DNA of 64,000 nt from Camelus dromedarius (taxonomy: Eukaryota): positions 21,826,001 to 21,890,000 of the forward strand of contig NC_087437.1 in NCBI RefSeq assembly GCF_036321535.1. Reading direction: 5' to 3'. A model generated the notes under the pieces. It had not been told where the DNA came from. It made no database searches and saw only the letters and a program-made list of their open reading frames with translations. The stretch's first letter is position 1. The number at the start of each line of letters is the position of its first letter. Positions 13,766 through 26,804 of the stretch are shown here, in pieces. The position numbers and the translations under genes are program-made.

Positions 13766-16319
13766 TAAGATTTAAATTAAGATGTGTGATGCAGTAAGGT
13801 ATTGTTCTTTCTACGTAGATTTTAAGAAATATGCAATTGGGGTGACTTACAAAAATCAAACTTCTAGCTCCTTTGCTTTATACAATGAATTCTGCATTTT
13901 AAAGAAATACTTACCAAATGATGAATAATTAGGAAAATTTTTCAAATTATGAATAAGGTTTATCTCATACTCCTGCTGGTGAGGGATGGGGTTACCATTT
14001 GCTTTTTGGAAGCAGAGTTTATTAATCTAAGAGAACTTCCAAGTAGTGGAAGGGGCGAAGATACCATTTCCTATTTTATTTATAGAGAAATAAAAACTAT
14101 TATCTACCTAACTAAATATTCAACCTGTTATGCCTCTTTTTTCCCTTTCACACAGTATTTAAGTCATTTTCTCTTCCCGTTCTCCCCAGTTGAAAATATT
14201 AAGAACAGTTGAGGAGTGAATGGACAGGAAAGTACCAGGTTGAGCAAGATCATACACATGCATGTGGTATAAGCTGTAAGGTTCTGGGCTTGACTTGAGA
14301 ATCTAATTTTCAGCATAAGCCTTTATGTAAATATTACCTGTATAGTAATCAGATACAGTTGAAATAGTATCACGTATAGCATTTAATACAGAAAATGTAG
14401 TCTGGAAGTCCTAGGCAGTCTGCTGACAAACTTTTTTAAGTTACAGATTGTTGTACAGTATATGTGAAATTAGCTTTAAAGCTGCAAACCATCCACCCTC
14501 ACTCATTCCTCACCTTAAGAACAGATCTTTGGTGGATCGACAGATAGTCTCAAATCCATAAATTGGAAATGTCTCCTGGGAATTAATTTAATGTTTGTTT
14601 GCAGAGGTTGAACAAGAAATTTTTTCTATTTTGAATTTCCTTTTGCAATGAGATCCCTATTTCTCTTTGATAAGATCTAGTTGATAGCTATGACTCTATC
14701 ATTTAACTTTTTAGTTTTAAAATGACTAGTCTATAAAATGACAAGCAGAAATGATCTTTAAGGCTTTATCTGATTTTAAAATCTTTTATTAATGTCAAAT
14801 ATAAATATTTTCCAAATAGTATACTTGTAAAATATGTGAGTGGTTGAAGCAGTTGGTTGGTGGGGTGGGTGGATTTGAGCTAGAGAGAACGCTTAACCTG
14901 GCTTGGTTGGAGAAGAGGAAAAAACTTGTTCTGAAAGCTTTTAGAGTAATAAGAATTAAAAAAGGAAAGACATTTTACAGAGAAAGTACAAAGTGTGATT
15001 GTGGTTTATTTAGGGAACTGAAAATGGTTTGGTGTATTTGTGGAAGACTTCGAGAGAGTTTGTTATTGATTGAGAAAACAGTTATAGCAAATGTCAAAGA
15101 GTTCTGACTAAAGTCATTTCCAGGAATTACTAAGTAGACAGAGGCTAATAAAATGAGTAAAAAGAGAAACTGGCAAAGGTTTCAGTGAAGTTGAAGAGCC
15201 ACTGTACTGGCAATAAGGAACAGAGGCAATCTATTCATAAGATACTGATTTTTAAATTTTAGAGATGATGCACTTGCAGGTAATGGTAAGGTCAGGGGGC
15301 AATAATTTTAAATGGGGTCATTTAGAAAAATATTTTCAGTAATATTATTGCTGTAATTTGATTTCTGTCTCAATATTTGATGTGTTATGAAATTTCAAAT
15401 AACTTTAAAAGAAGATATGAAATCTTTGTTATCTGTTAAAGGAAGGAAAAAGTTTCTTTGAATTGAAAAACACAAATTGGGAGAGAGAGCAAAGTAGTAG
15501 ACTGCCAATTAAATTTAATTTGCAGAAGTGCTTTATTTAATCTGTGTTTTTTTAAAAAATATTTGAATTTGAATGCCTGTAAGCCCCATATACTCATCTT
15601 CACTTGTATTATTGAGTGAAGCAATTCAAAGCAACTGAATTTGTAAAAACTGGGTTAGGTATCCACGAAGAAAGTAAACTCTTGGCATTGAGAAAATCAG
15701 TTAACTATGAGGCTAAAGTAATGTTAGGAATATGCAATTCTTTTATTTAAAAGTATTTTAGTTACACAAGTAATATGTGAATAAATTCTTATTAAATCCT
15801 TGTAAAAATTCTAACTTTAATTTTGAGCAGAAGTCCTTTGACCAATCCCAATTCTCCTCTCCTCTCTAAAGCTAACCACTGTAATGAGTTTGATGTTCTA
15901 TATCTGCTCCTTAATAGCTAATATTGTTTTTGTTTAGAAATGTGACTCTTCACCCCAGTGTTAGATTGGAAACTAGAGTCTCATCAGTGGCTGTCAGTTA
16001 CATGTTTAATTCAGAAATTTCCTCTCCTGATTTCTACCTATACAGATTCCATTCAAGTTTCCTTTCTTATTTCTTATTAATTTTGCCTATAATTACTCTT
16101 GCCTCATCTACTCCAATTCTTCTTAATATTGTCTAAATATTTAGACTGAGCCATATGAAATCCCTGTTTTAAAAATACTTTGGACAAATGGAATTACGTA
16201 TTTCCATATCCTTCTTGATGTGGCTAAAACAAAAACCCTAGAAAATGTGGCTAAAACAAAAACCTCAGAAAATTACATAGAATATAATCACGTAACTCCA
16301 CAGTGCCCTCCTCCAAATA

Positions 16320-17260
16320 CTTTTTTTTTCAATGTGGAGATTGATGATTTGTAGTAAATGTGTACAGTCATATGCCATCACCATAATCCAGTACTCCAAC
16401 ATTTCCATCACTGGAAAAACTTCTCTCATGCCCACGTATGTCAGTCCTCATTCCCATCCCTAGCTCCAGGTAACCACAGATCTTTTTTCTGTCTGTAGTC
16501 TGTAGTTTTTTCTTTTCTAGAAATTTCATATAAGTGGAATCATAAAATATGTTAACTTATGTCTATAGTCTTTTTCGCTTAGCATACTTTTTTTAAGGTT
16601 CATCCATAATGTTGCACACATCAGTAGTTTTTTCCTTTTTATTATTGAGTAGTATGCCGTTGTAAGGATTGACCTTTTCTTTATCCATTTATTAATTAAT
16701 GGACATTTGAGTTGTTTCTAGTTTTTGGCAGTGAACATTCCCATACAAATCTTTGTGTAGACACATGTTTTTATTTTTGTTAAATAGATACCTAGGAGTG
16801 GAATTGCTGGGTTGTATACTAAGCATATGTTTGACTTTTGAAGTAACTGCTAAACTGTTTTTCAAAGTGGTTGTACTATTTTACATTCTCACCAGTAATG
16901 TATGTTGATTCTAATTCCTCCACATACTCACCAACACTTGATATTGTTAGTTTTTTTTTGATCTTGGCCATTTTAGCAGAAGTGTAGTAGTATCTCTTTG
17001 TGGTTTTAATTTGTATTTCCCTTATGCCTTATGATACCAATCATCTTATCATGTGTTTATTTGCCATTAATATATCCTCTTTAGTGAAGTATCTATTAAA
17101 AACGTTCACCCATTTAAAAAAAAAGAGTTGTTGTTGGGAGGAGCTCAAGTTGTAGAGCTGCATGCTTAGCATGCATGAGGTCCTCAGTTCAATCCCCAGC
17201 ACTTCCTCTAAAAATAAATAAATAAATAAACCTAACTACTCCCCCCCCAAAAAAAAAGTG

Positions 17261-17323
<63 letters not shown>

Positions 17324-18890
17324 AAAATGATTTAAAAAAAAAGAGTTGTTTGCCTTATTCTTATTGAGTTGGAAAAGTTTTTTGTATATTCTGGACACAG
17401 TCCTTTATTAGATATATGTTTTGCAAATGATTTCTCTCAGTCTATGACTTATTTTAATTTTCTTTTTTGGGTCTTTTGAAGAGCAAAATATTTTAATTTT
17501 GATGAGATCCAATTTATCAGTTTTTCCTTTTGTGGATTCAGTTTTTAGTGTCATACCTATGAAATTCACATAACCCAAGATCAAAGATTTTCTCCTGTTT
17601 TCTTATAGAAATTTTATAGTTCTAGGATCTACATCTAGTAAAGTTTTGTGTACGTTTGAGATAAGGCTCCTTTCAAATTACTGTTTCTGCCTCGGGTCCT
17701 GAAGTATGTTACATTTTGTGTGTGCTCTTTGAGAGTGGATTCTCTATTTCCTACAGCCCTCTCACTCTCCTGAAATTGAGCCTTGCTGGCTTTCAAAGCC
17801 AAACATTATGAGGGCTCATCCTCCCAGTGCAGAACCCTTGGGCTGGGGAGCCCATTGTGGAGCTTGGACTTCTTGCTGCTTAGGGAGAACCTCTGCAAGT
17901 GTAATTATCCTCCCGTTTGTGGGTTGCCCACCTGGGGGTGTGGGTCTTGACTAGACCACATCTCCACCTCTCCTACCCATCTAGTTGTGGTTCCATCTTT
18001 GTATCTTTAGTTGTAGAAGGGTCTTTTCTGCTAGTCTTCTGTTATTTCTCATCAATTGTTGCTATATAAATAGTTGTAAGGGTTTTTGTGCCCAGGGAGG
18101 AGGTGAGCTCAGGATCTTCCTACTCTATCATCTCGGCCGCTCTTCAAGATTTCATCTTTTTTATGGCTGAGTAGTATCACATTGTGTGTATATATACCAC
18201 ATCTTTATCCATGTCAATGATTTGGGCTAAGCTTACATTAATACACTTTGAGCCTGTAAGGGTTCTGCTATCTCCTTGAGCAGGCTGTGGTTAGTTGGGG
18301 AATGTTTTCAGAGTTGTAGCCATTTCTCAAGAGTTCCTTGCCTTTTTCTTTTTTATCAGACTTTCTGATGTTCTGCACATAATTTTTAAGTCAGCCAGAG
18401 ATCTGTGGAGATCTTATATGAATCTTTGAATGTCTCTTCTCATTTCCAAAATCTCTCTGTTAAATTTCTGGTTGGTCTACTTTTTGCTTCAACTTAGATT
18501 GCAAGTTTGGTCTTACAAAACTGCAGATTTTCCTTGTTCATCTCTACTAAATCCAACCCTTTTTGCCAGTGGAGCTATAGGTTTTTGCCTCCCAACAAAT
18601 TGATTTTTACTTATTTGGCACAAAGGTACAGATTTACCAGCTTTGGTCTGGAAAACTGCAGTTCTCCTTGAATGAACTGGGGCAGAGGTGATGGTGGCAG
18701 CCTCAGGCAAGAAGGCCACAGATTCTAGCCGTTCTTGCCTGAAGCTCTGAAAGTTTTCCAATCATTGATTCTTGATATGTAATTTTCAGTGACCTGAAAT
18801 GGTTAATTTTTAAAAATAATTTTGTCCATTTTTATGCATATTTTTGTGTAGTGGAATCACTGACCTCTTCCTATCTCACCCACCATTACT
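16320..18890 (-). mobile_element. Composite antisense L1 block (old 3' end/ORF2 end, two different 5' UTR pieces, a 3' UTR sliver, nested SINE)
   Basis: L1MB-like 3' UTR/ORF2 end at 16320-17660; L1 5' UTR at 17670-18142; 3' UTR sliver at 18145-18212; older 5'-end-like piece at 18215-18890. Confidence 0.7.
17133..17329 (+). mobile_element. tRNA-Ala(AGC)-derived SINE (camelid Vic-1-like) with (GAAA)16 tail
   Basis: A-box agctcaagttgtaga, anticodon arm gcttagcatgc, B-box gttcaatcc. Perfect 21-bp TSD atttaaaaaaaaagagttgtt at 17112-17132 and 17330-17350. Confidence 0.9.
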
Positions 18891-19419
18891 TTTGATTATG
18901 TTCTGAATACCAAAAATGATATTTTATAAAGTGAGGCTGCCTCATTATTTGTTCAAGTTACATCTAAATGCTTTCCATACAATGTCATTTTGTTACTCCA
19001 GCATAACTGGTTGCCACCATTACTAGCAGTCATGCTTCCTGTGCATTGTCACTAATCCATATTTTGAGACATGATAATGTAGATCAATACAAAAGTCATT
19101 TTTAGAAACAATCTGATAAAATTGATTACTATAGAAAGTGGTTACTATAGACGTGATAGAAACAGAAAGATAAGTTGATTAATTGTAAATATTTTTCTCA
19201 AGTTTTTGGGCAGTTTTGGTGTAGGCAAATACTCCTTTGAAATCCTTAAAATATAGATGATTATACTTGTTTATAATCATATAATATATGAGTAGCTAGA
19301 TCATAACTAGATTTCACAAATATTGTTTTCTTAAAAATGCATTATATAGAATCTATTTTTATGTCTAAATATGATATGGAGCCTATCAGGTAAATAAGGT
19401 ATAGTTCAATAAATTCATT

Positions 19420-20190
19420 TAAATGAAAGTTTTAAATTTCCATACAGAAAAAACTCCATTGCAAACAAAGTAAAAAGACAACTAACTGGGAAAAAATATT
19501 TAAAACACTTTGACCAGACAGAAGGCTAATTTCTTTGATATATAAAGAGATCTTACAAATTGATGACTTAAAAAAGTCATCAGAAAAATAGGCTAATGAA
19601 AATGAACAGGTGGTTTATAGAAGAAGTATAAATGGATAGTAAACACGAAAGGATGCTTAAGCTTCTAAAGAAATTCAGAGTAATACGACTCTTAAAATTA
19701 CATTTTTCACCTATTAGGGTGGGAAAGTACTAATGAAAATGTGGGGAAAATGAGCTCTCCTTATTGTTAGTGCTTTGGAAACATCTATCAGAGTTTACAA
19801 TATACATGCCATTTTATCCAGCAATTCTAAGTGTGCCATGCATATGTGAACTAACGAATAGTCATTGTTGCATTATTTATGGAAGTAAAAAATTAAAAGC
19901 AACCTAAATTTCCAGTAATGGAGATGCAATGTACCACCATCAAATGGAAACCATCCAGTTTTAGGAAATACTGAGATGACTCTGTATGTAGTGACGTAGA
20001 AATAGTTGTCCCTTTACATAGTATGTCTGATTATGTTCGTGTGCTAATAGAAAACATCAGGAGAATATTCACAATTCTATGAAATGTGACTATCTTTGAG
20101 GATTAGAGTTGGTGGAAGGAGGAGAATTGGGAAGCATTATGTTTCTAAACTGCTTGCTTTTTTAAAAAAACCATGCATGTATTACATTTA
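19420..20190 (+). mobile_element. Old L1 ORF2 end and 3' UTR relic
   Basis: aacaaagtaaaaagacaactaactgggaaaaaatattt...tatccagcaattcta...aagcaacctaaatttcca. Confidence 0.65.
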
Positions 20191-20835
20191 TATTTAAAAG
20201 AAAAATATACATTATATAACATCTACCAAATTTATAAATTAAGAATTATATATTTGTAAATGAAAGAGCTATAGCAAATATTCTCTAGTTGGATTCCTAC
20301 TTAGATATTGAATATGATCATTAATTTATAGAAAGTAAAGGGAGTACTTTTCCATTAGCTAGAGATTAGGCATAAACCAGTGATTTCATTCTTAAGATTT
20401 GAAACATCTTTCAAAAATAACCTGGCTGAATGAGTCATGTGTTATATATATGTAGTATATTAAAGTAGACTTATAAATGGGGAAGGAAAAATTTGATAAT
20501 CATCCACATCATAATTGAAATGTGTTAGTTATCAGCATATCTCATTTAAAATAATACTAGATTCAGGAATAGAAAATTTTTAATTTAACTGAATTGAAGA
20601 ATACTAACTGAAGAAAATTCAAACTGAATTTTGAATCTATGAAAAGATATCCTAAAACAATTTATTTAAAAGCAATAGATATAAAATTTGTTAATATTCT
20701 ATCTCAAAATATTTAATTTTTTAGTTTTTTCTTCTTATATAGATTACCTTATAATAAATATATTATAGTTGTTTTATGTTCTTTTTTATGATATGTAATT
20801 TTAAATTTGTGAAAATTATAGGTTAAAACTAGTAA

Positions 20836-21027
<192 letters not shown>

Positions 21028-22523
21028 TGAATGGAAATTGTAAATTATATCTTTTTTTTTTTTTTTCAGAATCTTTTCAACCTGAGTTTTTTCATAGGCC
21101 AAATCATCATGTCTGTTTATTTACATTTCATTCAATATGATCAGACCTTGCTGCCACGTACTTGGGATTTTTCTTTTCCCTCAGTGGAATAGACCCTGGT
21201 GCTACTTAGGTCACTCTTTCCTCATCTGCGCTCTTCCTCTCTCCCATCGCCCTTAAATCCCTGCTTTGTTCAGCGTTGCCAGGGGCCTTCTAGGGCAGTG
21301 TGAAGAACAGTGGGAGTGGTAGCTTTAAGCAAGAGCAAATTTAGTTAAACCTGCTCTCTGTCCTGCCTCCCCTCATTCCTAGATTCTGTAATCATCCTTG
21401 GAGTCTGATCCTTTATAACTTTGAGAAGCATAGAGTGCTTTCTGTACGTCACGTATGCTGCACACAGACACTGTCCCTTTTCACTGGTGAGAGAAACTTA
21501 ATATGTAGACATAAAATTAAACTAAGAGTGATGAATACTCAGTCTGAGGTATTTTTCTGAAATGAAGAGTTAAGTGTGATTCTGGAACTTTGCATACTCA
21601 AAGAATCACTGATATCATTTTCCCTTAAAGAAGTAAGTTGTGGGGGGAGAAAAAGGCTTTGGAAAAAGCAGCCTATTAAACTACTGATTTAAACATTAAA
21701 AAAAATTCTTAGAAAACTTCATTTAGTAGACTTAAGGAAAAACTTTGAGACTTTTCTCTTATGTCAAAGTATCCCTGGTGTCCTCCAAAGAAGGAGGAAT
21801 TGATCAAGATTTCTTGCCAGTCCCTGCTGTGAGGTTTCCAGCAGGGGTTATACCTTGACCCACCTTTCCTTTCGTGTCCAGCTCATGTTGGAGCCCCATG
21901 TCTTGCATTGCACTCCCTCAGTGACTTGACTAGAACTAGATTGGGAAATTCAAACTTATGCTTACTGGAAGGACAATAAGAAGCTTGCAGTCTTCTTTTG
22001 CCTTAACATCAGTACACTGTGTTCTTGATAGCTCCTAGTTCTGGAAGCTTCTGAAAAATACCTGTTTTGTAAGTATTCTAGTTTACAACTACCATATTTT
22101 AATTTAATTTAATTTTAATTTTAATTCATTTAAACTTGTTACGAGATAAAGTATATACTTTGCTGAGCACATAAGACATGGTTAAAATGTAACTTGGTAC
22201 TTTTAAATTTATTTGCACATGAGGCTATTGAAAATTATTCCTCTTAAATATGAAGAAATATGAAATATCTTATAATCTCATAATTGGAGTTCTGAATTAC
22301 CATATGAAACAGAATTCATTCAACTCCTTCCAGAAAGGATTTGAAAACAACTGCTATGATTGCATTGTAATCACAGGAGAATAAAGATAGATTTTGAAGT
22401 GATCATAGAATTCATTAACTTCAATCCCCTTATTTTTATAGGCAGGGAAAGTGATCTGTATAGGTTAGATGTCTTGCTGGTATCAGCATCTAATTAGGAA
22501 CAGAATTGACATGGAAAGTAGGA

Positions 22524-22687
22524 GCACTCACTTTGGCAGCACACATACTAAAATTGGATTAGCATGGCCCCTGTGCAAGGATAACATGCAAATTCTTAAA
22601 GCATTCCATGTATTTTTGTAAACTGACTATACTTCAGAAAATATATATATATATATACACACGACAAACAAACAAACAAACAAAAAA
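22524..22687 (+). pseudogene. U6 snRNA retropseudogene fused to an L1 3' terminus, with A-rich tail
   Basis: 22524-22617 aligns to U6 nt 1-35 and 51-end. 22618-22637 (gtaaactgactatacttcag) matches the L1 3' end seen elsewhere in the window. An (AT)n/(CAAA)n tail follows. TSD gaaagtagRa at 22514-22523 and 22688-22697. Confidence 0.93.
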
Positions 22688-23925
22688 GAAAGTAGAAGCA
22701 GAGTTGTAACTAGAACATAGGACTCCTGGCTTCTGGTCTACTATATTTCCATGTAAACTATACAGCCTCTTATTAGTCTTCCAGTAATCTATTAGAGATT
22801 AAGCAAATTAGGCTGATAAAATGTAGTAATTTTACCTTTGAATATAGTGGTCTGTCAACATTTATCTAAAGATGAGATATCTTCAGAGTAACATACACTT
22901 CTGATGGTTGTTCTGATCTCCAATTAGATTCCTAGACTAAAAAGCAGGTAACACTTCGTTTGTTAAAGAAATCTAACTACTTATTCTTAGATAATTTTGG
23001 TTATGTAGCAAATGCAAACAATGGATGAGAAAAATGTTAGCCTCCAAGGAAAAGTTTTTAATTTTCTGAATTGTAATCATATGCAGCCAGTTCACAGAAA
23101 ACCATTAATCAATAGGAAATCTTCCTGTTTCCCCTTCCTTTCCCTTTAAAAAAAAATGCTGAATGAAAAGTTATTTTCTGAAGTCTAACCCCCAACTGAC
23201 ATGTAATTATTTATTTCTAATTTTATTCTTAAGTTGTAACACTCAGTCGTAAGCTTAATATAATTGATAGTTTTTAAAAGTATTATCTACTAAAACTTCT
23301 TAGTTTCTCACAAGTTGATTTAGGCTTGCCTTTATTAAGCAGTTAAATCTTAAATTTTAAGGAATAGTGATTCTGAAAGAGAATTCTTTACTAGGCGTGT
23401 TTTAGTATCTTTTTTTCTAACTTGAATTTTGTTCAAATGATCACTTTAAAAATGAAACAAAATACTGTTTTAATATTAGAAGTAGCATAAACATGTTGTA
23501 GACTATTATTTTAAGAACTTCTAGTTAAAAATTGTACAGTAATATTTCTGGATAGCATCAAAATATTATCTGTCATTTAGATAAATAATATAAAAGGAAG
23601 TTTTATACCAAACTCATAGAGAATAAAGACAAATGAGTTAAGTGAAGAACTGGTTGACAAATATTACCAGAATTTCTAGGAATATCAGTATATATAAGAA
23701 AACATTGTGCTTATCTAAGATTATCAGTGTGAAACAGAGAATGTAACCGTGTTACAGTTTTCCCCAAAGCTTTGGAGAATTTATGCACCAGTAGGTTTCT
23801 TTGACTGTCAGCACAAATGACTTCAGATTTTGTTTAGCACTATCAGAATTAAAATGTAACTGAGTAAAAAATTTTCTAGTGAAAACAGCTTAATTAGAAG
23901 ATGGAAGTGACACTTCTAATAATAG

Positions 23926-24153
<228 letters not shown>

Positions 24154-24957
24154 TGATATATTTAATTATTTCCCCCCAGTAGTCTAGTGGTTCAGAGTAG
24201 TCTTTGAGGCAACACATGTAGGTTGAGATCCTACTTCTGCTTGATAGAAACTGTATCCTTGGGAAACTTAACTGAATCTGTTTGAGCTTTAGTTTTAAGA
24301 ATTAATTAGGGGTATATATATTTAAAGAGTTTAGTACAATGATTTCTAGTATTAAGCAAGTATTCAATAAATGGTAGTTGCTATTATTTTTAGCAATATT
24401 AATTATTATAATAATATGGATGTGAATTTAATGTTTTTGCTAAACAGTGGCTAACAGGTAAAATATTGGGTAGTAAGTGTCTTCGTAATGAAGTTTCCAT
24501 CTTGTGTTTTGTCTGTCATAGGTTTGTTCTATTGATCTGGTTATAAATAGCCCTTTCTATAGTAATAGTGCCTTTCTCTTTAAAAATAAAGTATCAGATA
24601 TTATGTTTCTTATTCTTACCTGTTAATTCATTGTGAAACTCAAAGGTGGAGAGATGCATGATATAATAACTAAGTTGGATCTGGCTCTTCTGGCATCATC
24701 CCTTCCTGTTAAGGATAATACCTATTTCTACTCCCCATACACACACATACACATAATTCAGGAACTTGAAGAAGGAAGGTTTGCATTATTTATTTCACTT
24801 TTTGAGATAATTTATTAGACATAGTTATTTATATGTAGATAACAATGTTCAGTTAATAATAGAGGGTGTTGATAAAAGTATTTCTTCTAAGACCCATTAC
24901 TTTTGTTATCAACATAAATGTTAGAATAAAATTTGCTTATCAAATTTATATATACAT

Positions 24958-25176
24958 ATTTTTAATGTTTTTATTGAACTACAGTCAGTTTACAATGTTG
25001 TGACAATTTCTGGTGTACAGCACGATACTTCAGTCACATAGGAACATACATTTGTTCTCATATTCTTCTTCACCATAGATTACTGCAAGATATTGAATAT
25101 GGTTCCCTGTGCATACAGTATAAACTTGTTGTTTATCTATTTTATGTGTATAAGTTAGTATCTGCAAATCTCGAAT
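24958..25176 (-). mobile_element. 5'-truncated lineage-specific L1 3' end
   Basis: ttattgaactacagtcagtttacaatgttgtg...tatctgcaaatctcgaa, highly similar to 63080-63290. Confidence 0.85.
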
Positions 25177-25818
25177 GGGCCCAAAATAATGGTAGAAGGC
25201 AAGATATAGGAGCTTTGATGCTAGGGGCAGAGTTTTCTATTAATCTTGGTGGATAGTTTGAGCCTCCCAATAGCTTGTGACTCAGAAAATTGATAAAGGA
25301 ATTTTAAGATATTTAAGGTTACCTATATATTATATTTCTTATCCAGATCTCTGGCTTCAAATTCTATACTTTTTATAGTACTGCAAAGTTCTTGCTTCAG
25401 GTAAAACATTTATAAGAAAAAAAGTTAAGTATAGGAATTTGGATCAGTGTAGCTATAAGATTATAAATCAACAACATAACTATGTGGCTTAAAAGAGAAA
25501 TACAATGCAAGAAAAAGAAAAAAAGGAAATACAATGTTTATCTGTATAAGTAGAAACAGAGAAAACAAGGACCCTAATGTAATTTTCCTCTAATATACAT
25601 TTTGACTAGATCTTACTGACTAGATCTTAGGTTAATTTATTTATTTCTGTGTTCTATAACCTAAAATAGACACGAAGTACTAGAAAATGGTAAAATAAAG
25701 ATATATCAAAATACAAAATCAACTTAAGTAATTGGGAAAAGACCCTCGAAGAAAAGTGGAAAGAACCAAGATTATCCCGTTTAGGGAAGAAAAAACTAAG
25801 AGAAAGTTTCCTAAATAC

Positions 25819-25821
<3 letters not shown>

Positions 25822-25869
<48 letters not shown>

Positions 25870-25890
25870 CATATATATACATATATATAT
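25822..25890. repeat. (TG)21 microsatellite followed by (TA)-rich tract
   Basis: Direct read. Confidence 0.95.
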
Positions 25891-26109
25891 AAAATCCCTG
25901 AAGGACTCACAGGGGATAGCCAAATGTTCCATTCTAAAAAAAAGATTAGGCATAAGGAAACAAGAAGTAATAGAAGTAATAGTAATTTTTGAGTTGAAAG
26001 GAAAATACTCTGTAATTTTAAGGATGAATGAAAATGTAAATCAGTTTTTTAAAATAGATTTCTAAATATGATCAAAGGGGAAGATAATATTTTCCCAAAT
26101 AGTTGGTAG

Positions 26110-26804
26110 ACTTTGTTCAGGTAATCCATCCTTTATAACAGACTACCTTGATACTTAGTAGCATAAAAGAGGATTTCACAGTCATTTTGCCATAACTTCA
26201 TGATCATCTTATTATGCTCGTGGACTCTGTAGGTCAGGAATCAGGAAGGAGCCCAGCAAGGTTGATTTGTTTCTGCTTGACTATGTCAAGGGTCTCAGCT
26301 GGAGATGGCCAAAATGGCTGGGAGCTAACAGTCATCTGTCTTGTGCCTGAGCAGCAGCTGAGGACTCCAACAGGGAGCTCTACATGGACTGGGTGCTCAG
26401 GTGGATGGGTCTATTGAGGGTGGGCCTCCTGAGAACTCACGACTGGAACCATGGAGGGGCATGGCCATCGTGGTGGGTTGGCTGCAAGGAGATGGTCTGA
26501 GATGGCTTGAGGGCTGACCAGAGTGCTTACATGTAGCCTGGGCTTTCTCATAATATGGTGGCTTCAGGGTAGTAGAACTTTTTACGTGCCAGGTTTTGGC
26601 TCCAAGAGCACGATTTCTCAAACAAGGTGGAAGCTGAATGACCTTTTAAGACCTACCTTCAGAAGTCACTGAGCATCACTTCTTCCAGAAGCTGTTGGTT
26701 AAAGCAACCACAAGGTTGTTGAATTGAAAGGTAGGAATATTGGTAGCCCATCTGTTGATGAGAAGAATATCAAAGAGTTTGTGTCTATATTTTAAAACCA
26801 CCAT
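26110..26804 (-). mobile_element. MaLR LTR (MLT1-family)
   Basis: ctcgtggactctgtaggtcaggaatcaggaagg, gtctcagctgg, ggtggaagctg and terminal ttttaaaaccaccata are characteristic of MLT1. Confidence 0.8.

Noticed and set aside
22524..22617. Functional U6 snRNA gene
   Set aside because: It lacks the ACAGAGA box, shows CpG-type decay, has no evident upstream PSE/TATA, and has an L1 tip, tail and TSD, so it is a retrocopy.
25654..26065. ORFs with HTHT/CVCV runs (also near 47301-47597 and 48707-49057)
   Set aside because: They are translations of (TG)n/(CA)n microsatellites.
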